From the NCBI GenBank assembly GCA_963823665.1, contig CAWGMQ010000004.1, positions 1,600,001 through 1,664,000 of the forward strand: a stretch of 64,000 nucleotides of DNA. Reading direction: 5' to 3'. Source of the DNA: an uncultured Planctomycetota bacterium (GTDB lineage Bacteria > Planctomycetota > Planctomycetia > Isosphaerales > Isosphaeraceae). The notes beneath the pieces are model-generated. The model made no database searches. It saw only the letters and a list, made by a program, of their open reading frames with translations, and was not told the DNA's origin. The first letter of the stretch is position 1; every line of letters begins with the position of its first letter. Shown in pieces: positions 11,718-20,600 of this stretch. A program made the translations under genes and the position numbers.

Positions 11718-12344
11718 ATGAGCTCGAAATATGACGAACGTGTCCTGGTCGTTCCCAGTTCCGAGCTTGATCGGCTGGGCCGGTTCCAGGGGTTCTCTCC
11801 CGAAGTCGACCATTATCTGACCGGTCTGCTCGTTCCGGAGTTGATTCAGTTCCTGCCGCGCTCGAAGGTCGAAGAGGATCCCTCCTGGAAGCAGATCATC
11901 CCCTACGTCGTCTTCCGCTGCCGCGACAGCGCGTTTTGTTACACGCGAGGCAAGACGCAAGGTGAGGCCAGGCTCCATCGTCTGCGATCGCTGGGGGTCG
12001 GCGGTCACGTTTCCGAAGAGGACGCCGAAGGGCGAAAGAGTCTCGAGGCTTATGAATCGGCCATGAGGCGCGAAATCGACGAGGAAGTCGAGATCAAGAG
12101 CCCCGGGCGTGTTCTTCGAGTAGGACTGATCAACGACGACTCGACACCCGTCGGCCAGGTTCACCTCGGGGTCGTGCACCTTTTCGACCTGGAGCACCCG
12201 CATGTGCTGCCGCGTGAAGAGGGGTTGGCCGATGCCGAGTTCCTCGCGTTGTCGAGGGTCTGCGAGCTGCGAAACGAGTTTGAAACGTGGTCGCAGATTT
12301 GCGTGGACTCATTTTTGAGGCGTGCCGAGAACCGCTCCGGCTGA
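11718..12344 (+). CDS. NUDIX-superfamily predicted phosphoesterase
   Basis: EEDPSWKQIIPY, YTRG..GEARLH...SLGVGGH, REIDEEV Nudix-like box, GLINDD..VGQVHLG. Confidence 0.85.
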   Translation: MSSKYDERVLVVPSSELDRLGRFQGFSPEVDHYLTGLLVPELIQFLPRSKVEEDPSWKQIIPYVVFRCRDSAFCYTRGKTQGEARLHRLRSLGVGGHVSEEDAEGRKSLEAYESAMRREIDEEVEIKSPGRVLRVGLINDDSTPVGQVHLGVVHLFDLEHPHVLPREEGLADAEFLALSRVCELRNEFETWSQICVDSFLRRAENRSG

Positions 12345-13544
12345 CCGTCCGCTAAGGGCGGCAGGGATCGACGCACCGTTAAGTGTGCTCCTGCCCTGGG
12401 GCGACGGGCCAGCTCCCGGTTGCCGGTGGTCCAGCCACGCGATGATCGGCGGGAAGATCTCGATCGGAGCATGCCGGCTCCACACCAGGTCACAGTGACC
12501 GTAATCGGCAACGTGACCCTGGAGTTTGCCGAACCTCATGATCGCCTTGTCCGGGCTGCCCAGCGCCATGTACGTCAGCTCGGTCGAAGGAACATCCGAC
12601 ATGATGTCGCCGTCACCGGCCACCAGGAGCGTGGGCGTGCGGATCTCGCCCAGGCGCGCCGAATAGTCAATCGTGCGGTCCGCTGAGAGCATGTGTCCAA
12701 ATTCGAGGTAAGGATCGAGCTGGCGCAGCGCGCCTGGCCCGGTGTCCTCGAGGGCGTAGCCGTAGAATCGGGAGATCGTCTCGCGATCGACATTCTCGTT
12801 CGAATAATAGAACCGATCGATCAGCTCCATCCCCGGCAGGCGGAAGAACGCCAGCGGCCGGCCCAGGCGTCCAGGGCTGGCGAAAAGCGACAAAACTCGC
12901 AGCCCGCGGTTAGCGGCGAGCATGTCTTTCTGAGGGGTCTCCGCCTGGATGATGGTGCTTCCCATTCCAATGAAATTGGCAATCCGCTCGGGGTGCGGCG
13001 CCAGCTCCAGGTAGGGAAAGATGAGCATTCCCCCCAGGCTGTGGCCAACCCAGTTCACGCGATCCCGCCCGGTCTGCCGCTGTACATAATCGAGAATGGC
13101 AGGGACGTCATAGTGCACCAGATCATCAACATTCCAGTCGCGCTCGCCCCACTCTCTGAAGAACGTATGGCGCATGATCTTGTTGATGCGGTCGTGCCGT
13201 CCGAGGTGCGAGTTCTCTCCCGAGCCCCGAATGTCGAACACAAAGACGTCATAGCCCCGTGCTGCCATCTGGGAAGCGAGATGGTTTTCGGTGATCGTCC
13301 AGAACGTGCCGTTGAGCCCCAGCCCGTGGCACAGAATCACCGGCAGCTTGCCCGGATCGAGGTTCGGTGATCGGTAATGCCGCACCCCAAGCCGCCAACC
13401 GTCCTCGGTGTACGCAAAGCCGTCGGTGCACGGCCGAAGGTCAATACTGGGCGCATCGCGGCGCATCCTGACACAACCGGTCAGTAGAAACGACCCGCCG
13501 CAAAGAAGTGCGTAGGCGAAAAGAATTCGCCCTCTACGGCGCAT
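12309..13544 (-). CDS. Alpha/beta-fold hydrolase, probable lipoprotein
   Basis: LLTGC lipobox-like; LCHGL oxyanion motif; GHSLGG nucleophile elbow; GDGD; YGHCDL. Confidence 0.85.
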   Translation of the reverse strand: MRRRGRILFAYALLCGGSFLLTGCVRMRRDAPSIDLRPCTDGFAYTEDGWRLGVRHYRSPNLDPGKLPVILCHGLGLNGTFWTITENHLASQMAARGYDVFVFDIRGSGENSHLGRHDRINKIMRHTFFREWGERDWNVDDLVHYDVPAILDYVQRQTGRDRVNWVGHSLGGMLIFPYLELAPHPERIANFIGMGSTIIQAETPQKDMLAANRGLRVLSLFASPGRLGRPLAFFRLPGMELIDRFYYSNENVDRETISRFYGYALEDTGPGALRQLDPYLEFGHMLSADRTIDYSARLGEIRTPTLLVAGDGDIMSDVPSTELTYMALGSPDKAIMRFGKLQGHVADYGHCDLVWSRHAPIEIFPPIIAWLDHRQPGAGPSPQGRSTLNGASIPAALSGRSAGAVLGTPQK

Positions 13545-13781
13545 GGCGATGGGAATCCCTTCCTCCTCGCAACCGACATGACCGACAGCATCCTTGCTTA
13601 TCGGCGCGTGCGGATTCTATCGGCCGACCACGTTTGTGGGAACAGCAGGACCGTGATTCATTTGCACGCGGGATACACCTCAGCTCGCGAGCCCCGCCAC
13701 GGACCGGTGACTTGCCTCGCCCCTGACCACTTGCGCTCGGCTTCGTCCTCCTTTCGCACACTTAGCTCTCGCGGACCCCCA

Positions 13782-13901
13782 AAAACGTCGTCATCGTCGT
13801 CATCTCCTTTCCACAACAGGAGTTACGAATGACGACGTTTTCGAATCCGAAAAACTTTCGAAGTAACTCTTGAGACCCATTGATACTTACGAATGACGAC
13901 G
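13782..13901. repeat. Palindromic non-coding element with internal direct repeat
   Basis: Perfect 13-bp IR aaaacgtcgtcat (13782-13794) / atgacgacgtttt (13829-13841); 15-bp direct repeat ttacgaatgacgacg at 13823 and 13887. Confidence 0.75.
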
Positions 13902-14010
13902 CCTCTCGCACCGGGGCGCACCCCTCGTTCCGACGTTCCGCGTCGAAACGTCTCTCAGGCCGCTCCGCGGCGCGCTCGGCGATGACATCCCTGTGCCGCC
14001 TTCCGCGCCC

Positions 14011-14043
14011 CTCCTCCGTCCTCCGTCCTCCATCCTCCACCCT
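14011..14043. repeat. Short tandem heptamer repeat (TCCTCCG-like, ~4 copies)
   Basis: ctcctccgtcctccgtcctccatcctccaccct. Confidence 0.65.
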
Positions 14044-14074
14044 GCGCCCTGTGTCGGGCCCATCCGCCCACCAC

Positions 14075-14857
14075 TTCGTTTTGTAGATTTGACGATGCTC
14101 CTTTCCCTGTAAGGATTAAGGGAACGAATCAGCGCCAGTGTAGGTCAGGCTTCAGCCTGACGATTTCGCCACGCCCGTGCAAATGAAAATAGCCCTCACA
14201 CGACGACGAAGCTCCGCGTTGATGGTCACACACGCACACCACGACCGCGGCGTCCTCCGTAACTCCATAGGCGACTTGGGTTTTCGACCTCATCGAAGGT
14301 CTTTCACTCGTGGTAAAATGTGGTAATTAATGGTAATCCTCGCGAGAAATTCCTGCTTCTCTCTCGCTCTCCCGGGCCGGTCCAGCGCCCCGTTCTGGCC
14401 TTGTTTGACGACAACGCAACATGCAATCGCTCGCGCCACGGACCGATGCGAACCAGACGCCAAGGCGCTCTGCGCCCGCGATTGCGCTGGCTCACTCTGC
14501 ACAAGTGCAAGAGCGACTTGCGCTTTCGTCCATATTTCAGGTTCTTCAGGCATGGATCAAAATGATAGCAATGTGATAGCAAAACAAAGGCTTTTTCTGA
14601 TCCCACGCTCGCGGTTCTCTGCCCTGGCGCAGACCGCCCGGCGCATCCCTCGTGGACGGGTAAATGACGCGATCGAATCCTGACGTGAAGGGATCGAATG
14701 ACGCTCATCGGGAATGACGATCGGAAAAAGACATTTCGCGATGTGGTATTGGATGAGATGAGATTCCAGCCACGGACTGACCGGCATGGTTGCCCGCGCT
14801 CCGATTTCGTTTTGTAGATTCGTCGCGCGTCCTTACCCCACAAGGACTACGGGAACG
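14075..14857 (+). repeat. Dispersed 52-bp direct repeat, 2 copies (14075-14126, 14806-14857)
   Basis: Ungapped, 40/52 identical by eye; starts ttcgttttgtagatt, contains TCCTT-N7-AAGGA, ends ggaacg. Confidence 0.8.
14140..14161 (+). repeat. GTAG-type REP hairpin
   Basis: GTAG + GTCAGGC-TTCA-GCCTGAC, perfect 7-bp stem. Confidence 0.7.
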
Positions 14858-15057
14858 CACTCGCTCGGTCGAGAGGGCGATCCATCGGCCGAGCTCGAAG
14901 CCGAAACCTTCCCCTCGAGCACGTCGCTTTGATCAACGGGTCGAATGACGCTCATCCGGAATGACGATCGGAAAAAGACATTTCGCGATGTGGTAATGGA
15001 AGAGATGAGAGGAGTTTCGAGCCATGGACCAACCGGCATGGTTGCCCCCGGGCTCCG
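14694..15057 (+). repeat. ~110-bp direct repeat, 2 copies (14694-14803, 14941-15057)
   Basis: First 55 nt are 54/55 identical (tcgaatgacgctcatc...cgcgatgtggta); similarity continues through accggcatggttgccc...gctccg. Confidence 0.9.
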
Positions 15058-15248
15058 GTCCGCTTCGCGACGCCTTCCCGGCCGTCCGCGCCGACCACGC
15101 ACTCTCCCCCTAGTACTATTATGCGCGGGTTTTCGGCGTTGGCCATCTCTCAATCACACTTGTAAATCTGACGTCTCCGACAAAAGTTCGTCGAGTTTAG
15201 TTTTCTGCGCAAGTTAATGTAAAATCTGAGTTTATGTCCATTTCTCCC

Positions 15249-15277
15249 TTGACTCTAGCGAGGCGCACCTCTACATT
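15249..15277 (+). promoter_or_regulatory. Sigma70-like promoter of the transposase
   Basis: TTGACT-17 nt-TACATT, then AAGGAG RBS before ATG 15311. Confidence 0.6.
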
Positions 15278-15310
15278 CAAGTATCCCCTGCGAAAGGAGT
15301 TGCGCCCGCC

Positions 15311-17034
15311 ATGATCCACATCGTTGACCCGCGGCAAAACCGCCTGTTCGACCCCTTCGAGGGCGTCATACCTCCCGCCGGTCAACGGATCATCAGCTCG
15401 GGCTGGCAGGGAGTCTTTCGACACGTCCTCCTCAAACTGATGCCCGTAGGTCAACTGGCCCAGCATTTCAGCCGGGAACTGGGAGCCCCCACCAAGGAAC
15501 TGTACTCGATGGCCGGCTTGGTCTTCATGACCGACTTCTTCGACTGGACCGCCCAAGAGGCCGCCGAGGCTTACATCTTCCGCAGCGACGTCCAATACGC
15601 CCTTAACTTGGAGCCCGGCGTTGAAGTGTCGTCGCGCACGGTCGAGCGTTACCAAAAGCTCTTTCGCGAGAACGAACTGGCCGCTCAGGTCTTCCACGAC
15701 GTGACGATTGGACTGGCGGAAAAGCTCGAACTCGACATCTCCCGCCAGCGGCTCGACTCGACCCACGTCTTTTCTCACATGGCCAGCTTTGGTCGCACCA
15801 AGCTGATGGCCGTGGCAATCAAGCGGTTCCTGACCCAGGTGATCCGGCATGCCCCTGAGCGGTACGCCGCGTTGCCCGCGGAGTTCTGCGGCGCTACGAA
15901 CCGGCAGAATCGCAGTTGTTCGCCGCCGCCAAGGATGCCGAGGCTCGACAGCGGTCGCGGCAGCAAGCAGCCGAGGACTTGTGCTGGATCATCGACCACT
16001 TCGCCAATTGTCCCGACATGACGGCCCGGTCGAGCTACAAGGCCCTAGTCACGATCTTCAGCCAGCAGTGCGAACTGAGTGAGGGCAAAGTTGTCGTGAA
16101 GGCCAAGACCGGCGGTGACTGCGTTCAGAACCCGTCCGACCTCAGCGCCGGCTACGACGCCCACAAAGGTAAGGGCTATCAGGTGCAGATCACCGAGACG
16201 TGCAGCTCTGAGAACGAGGTGCAGTTGATCACAGGCGCTCTGCCGCAGGGTGCCGCGGAGCACGACGGCACGGCGGTGGTGCCGATGCTCGATCAACTCG
16301 AAGACTCGAAGTTGTTGCCCGAGGAGATGCTGGCTGACACGCTCTACTGCGGCGACGAGAACGTACAAGCGGCCGAGGACCGCGGCGTGGAGCTGGTCGG
16401 ACCGATCCCCGGTCGGGAGCCGGCAAGCGACCCTGGGGCGCTGACGCTGGACGACTTCGCGGTGGATGAACGGACCGGGCGGGTGGAAGCCTGTCCGCAA
16501 GGGCACATGCCGCTTGTGGTCGAGCGGAACGAAGAAGTAGGCACGACGCGAATCCAGATGGCGGCGGCAGCGTGCGAAGGATGCCCGTTCCGCACGTCGT
16601 GCCCGATCCACCAAACGCGGGATGGTCGCTACGAGCTGGATTTCAGTGACAAGGATCATCGGATGGCTGGGCGTCGCCGGGAACAAGAGACACCGGTATT
16701 CGCGGAGCGGTACAGGATGCGCTCGGGCATCGAGTCGACCAATAGCGGCTTGAAGAATCGGCTGAGGTTGGAACGTCTGCGAGTGCGAGGCCGCGGGAGT
16801 GTGTTCCGTGTGATCCTGCACAAAGTGGCGGGCTGGAACGTGCTACGGGCGGCAGCGTCGAAGAAGCTGCGCGCGTGGGTGAGCCGCGAAGTGGCCCAGA
16901 CGCTGAAAGGAGCTGAATCTGGGCCAACTGGGCGACTCTGCGCGCTCGTTCTGAGGCTGTGGGACGGTTTTCAGATGATTTTCCGCGGTTCTCACGGCTG
17001 TTCGGTTGATCTTGGAGGCTGTTGGGCCGCTTGA
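15311..17034 (+). CDS. DDE transposase (apparent frameshift ~15887)
   Basis: QRLDSTH; QNPSD..AGY..HKGKGYQVQITET; LADTLY; CxxCxxRxxCP; YRMRSGIESTNSGLK (YREK-type motif). One missing base in ttc[.]tgcggcgctac joins ORFs 15311-16021 and 15916-17034. Confidence 0.9.
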
Positions 17035-17693
17035 GCGTGCATCACTGACAATTCACAGGCGGCATTCTGTCGGCAGCGTCAAATCTATGTGTAACGCAGA
17101 AGTTCAATCGCGATAGGGGATTAACTGCGGTCATTCGGTTGAAATATTTGCATAAAGTTGAGCCCGTTCAAAGCGCTTTGAAACGGCATCCCGCCACACC
17201 CCCTGGGGGGCCAGCTACCCTCCGGCGGCCGAGACCAGGTCCGAGCGCCGAGGGATGCCAGCGCAGAGTGAAATGAAAACACCGCGTACGAACCACCCCT
17301 TCGTAGACGACGGCGTAGGGGAAAGCCGCCGCAGCGGCGAGACGGTCGTGGGCGCGCTGTTTTGTCCGGCGCGGCGGTTCGTGCGGCGTTAGCTGGCCGC
17401 ACCCTCATTGCGCACAGCCTCACACCACGTGTCGCCTCTGCCGCGGAGCCCAACAACTCTGCGATGCCCGCCGGGAGCGTGACGCTGCGATCATCGCTCC
17501 TGAGAGGCTCGTGTTCTGGTGCCCCGCCGTCGGGGCGCGGAGGCGAATTCGGAATTGAGGTTTGTGGCGCAGAGGCGCCGGATTACTGGTTAAGGATGTA
17601 CGTCCCCGTTGTTCGTAGGGGGCTCGCTCTTGCCGTACAGTGCCACCCTCGGCCGCGCAGGGCTCATTTGAGCGACGCCAAAGTCAGCACCCT

Positions 17694-20600
17694 CTACGGC
17701 GAGGTGCTGGCCGCGAAGTCCGCATCCCCGCCGTAAATGACGGTGATCGGCTTTTTCGATACGCTATTGGGTTTTACCGAAAGCGTGCCCGAGCCGCCTT
17801 TCAACGAAACGGTCCCCAGCTTTTTTTCGACCAGCTTCTTCTTCACCTTCACCTGGACGTCGAAGGTCGCCGTGCCCGTTGGCAGTCCCGCACCCGGGGC
17901 GACTGGCTGGACCTCGGCCGTCAAGCCGACGGACACGAGCTTGTGCTTTTTCTTGAAGACGGGCTCGGTGATCAGGACCACTTCGGTGGCGGCCCGAGTG
18001 ACCGACAGGATGCCTGGCTCGTAAGTGATCGCGTAATTGGGATCGATCGCCCCAGACGCCGTAATCGCGTAACCTCCCGCGATCACCGGGCTGAACGTCG
18101 AAGCGGTCGTCGATAGCGTCGGCAGGGTAGTGAAAGTTGCGGGCGTGTCGCCGTTGACGAGGCCGCTGTAGCTTGCCGTCAGGGTCTGGATCGCCGCGCC
18201 GTAGACCTTAGTCTGGCTGTTGGCGGTGATCGTCAGCGGGGCCGTGCTTATCTCGCCCACGGCGCCGCGGATCGAGGTGGAACTGAGCTGGTAGTCGGCC
18301 GCGTCGGGCCCAGTGAGGGTGAGCCCAGAGACCGAGACGGTCTTGCCGGTGCCGGCGTTCTTGCTGTCATAGACGGCGGCGGAGGGATCGTTGAGGACGA
18401 CGCTGTCGCCAGGGAGCACGCCGCTCAGGATGAAGTTTCCGGGCAGCAGGTCAGCGGCAATCGTGCCGTCGTAAGTCCTCTCCACCGTGCCGGTCAGGGA
18501 CGCGGTGAGAAATCGGGCGATGATCTTGGCATTCGTCGTCGGCGGGATGAGGGCATAGTCGAAGGCTTGCGCACCGCTGATCGTCAGCCCTGACACCACC
18601 ACTGAAACGCCGTTGCCGACGTCCTTAGACGCAAAGGTGCCGATGGCGCCAGTCGTGACCAGACTGACCGAGTCACCCGCAATCACCCCGGTGAGCGTCG
18701 CCGTGCCAAGGCCCGCGAGTGTGGCGTCCGTGGCGGCGTCATACACCTTGTCGTTGGCCGTAATGCCAGAGACCGTCAGCGAAGCCGCGGAGATAGTGGC
18801 CGTGGTCGCTGGCGGGATTAGCGAGTAGTCGCTTGCCTGGGCGCCGCTCAGGCTCAGACCGGAAATTTGCACGGCGATGTCGTTGCCGGCGTCCTTGGAC
18901 GCAAAGGTCCCGACGGCCTCTGCCGTGACCAGAGTGACGGAATCACCGACGAAAACCCCATTGAGTGTCGCCGTGCCAAGGCCGACGAGCGTGGCGGCCG
19001 TGGTGGCTTCGTACACCTTGTCGCTAGCCGTGATGCCAGAGACCGTCAGCGAAGCCGCGGAGATAGTGGCCGTGGCCGCTGGCGGGATTAGCGAGTAGTC
19101 GCGTGCCTGGGCGCCGCTCAGGCTCAGACCGGAGATTTGCACGGCGATGTCGTTGCCGGCGTCCTTGGACGCAAAGGCGCCGATGGCCCCTGCCGTGACC
19201 AGAGTGACGGAATCGACGCCGATAACCCCATTCAGCGTCGCCGTGCCCAGGCCGAAGAGTGTCGCGGTCGTGGTGGCGTCATACACCTTGTCGCTGGCCG
19301 TGATGCCCGAGACCGTCAGCGAAGCCGGGGAGATAGTGGCCGTGGCCGCTGGCGGGCTCAGGGAGTAGTCGCTTGCCTGGGTGCCGCTCAGGCTCAGACC
19401 GGAAATTTGCACGGGGACGTCGTTGCCGGCGTCCTTGGACGCAAAGGTGCCGACGGCCCCTGCCGTGACCAGAGTGACGGAATCGACGCCGATAACCCCA
19501 TTCAGCGTCGCCGTGCCCAGGCCGAAGAGTGTCGCGGTCGTGGTGGCGTCATACACCTTGTCGCTGGCCGTGATGCCCGAGACCGTCAGCGAAGCCGGGG
19601 AGATAGTGGCCGTGGTCGCCGGCTGGATCAGCGAGTAGTCGCTTGCCTGGGCGCCGCTCAGGCTCAGACCGGAAATTTGCACGGGGATGTCGTTGCCGGC
19701 GTCCTTGGACGCAAAGGTGCCGACGGCCCCTGCCGTGACCAGAGTGACGGAATCGACGCCGATAACCCCATTCAGCGTCGCCGTGCCCAGGCCGAAGAGT
19801 GTCGCGGTCGTGGTGGCGTCATACACCTTGTCGCTGGCCGTGATGCCCGAGACCGTCAGCGAAGCCGGGGAGATAGTGGCCGTGGTCGCCGGCCGGATCA
19901 GCGAGTAGTCGCTTGCCTGGGCGCCGCTCAGGCTCAGACCGGAAATTTGCACGGGGATGTCGTTGCCGGCGTCCTTGGACGCAAAGGTGCCGACGGCCCC
20001 TGCCGTGACCAGAGTGACGGAATCGACGCCGATCACCCCATTGAGCGTCGCCGTGCCAAGGCCAACGAGTGTGGCGTGCGTGGTGGTGTCGTACACCTTG
20101 TCTCTAGCCGTGATGCCCGAGACCGTCAGCGGAGCCGGGGTCACGGCAAAGGTAGGTGGATTGGTGACCACCGCGAGCGTGTAGTTGCCGCCCGCACTGA
20201 GCGTGCCCGGCGTGAAGGCATACTTGCCGACGGGGCTGGCCATCGTGGCAGACGTACCGAGTTCGCCGGTGAGCAACGAAGACGTGTCTCCATTGACGAA
20301 GCCGCTCACAGTAGTATAAGTCAGGGACGGCACGGCGGAGCCGTAGAACTTCGACTGCCCCGTGCTCGGCGTAACGGTCAGCGGAGCCGGGTTTACGATG
20401 ATGGTGTAGGGTTGACCGCCCGTGAAGCCGCCGCTATCGGTCGCCGTGACCGTGAAGGAGAACATCCCGGTGACGCTTGGAACGCCGCTCAGCACTCCGC
20501 CGGTTGCCAGGATCAGGCCGACGGGTAGTGCGCCAGCCGTGATGGCGAAGGTGTATGGCCCACCCGCGCTGCCTGTTTCCGTCGCCGTGATTGTCTGGCT

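Larger units (their letters stand above)
15170..17080 (+). mobile_element. Insertion sequence, 1911 bp, IS1182-like (IS4 superfamily DDE)
   Basis: Left end GACGTCTCCGACAAAA; right end (reverse complement) GACGCTGCCGACAGAA; flanking 6-bp duplication AAATCT at 15164-15169 and 17081-17086; encloses the transposase. Confidence 0.9.

Noticed and set aside
9857..12344. Convergent 3' overlaps (34 nt deacetylase/accD; 36 nt NUDIX/hydrolase)
   Set aside because: Short tail-to-tail overlaps are common in GC-rich genomes.
13780..15060. Possible CRISPR array
   Set aside because: Repeats occur only in pairs, with different lengths and no regular spacers; no cas genes in the window.
15880..15900. Programmed frameshift in the transposase
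   Set aside because: No slippery heptamer or A-run at the junction, and the window has many similar indels.
17664..17696. TAG readthrough at the end of the giant protein (SP*RVLTLASLK*)
   Set aside because: Only nine further codons and no recoding signal; a point mutation or base error is equally likely.
19137..20528. Long plus-strand ORF with repeats
   Set aside because: Antisense shadow of the YDG repeat region of the giant minus-strand gene.
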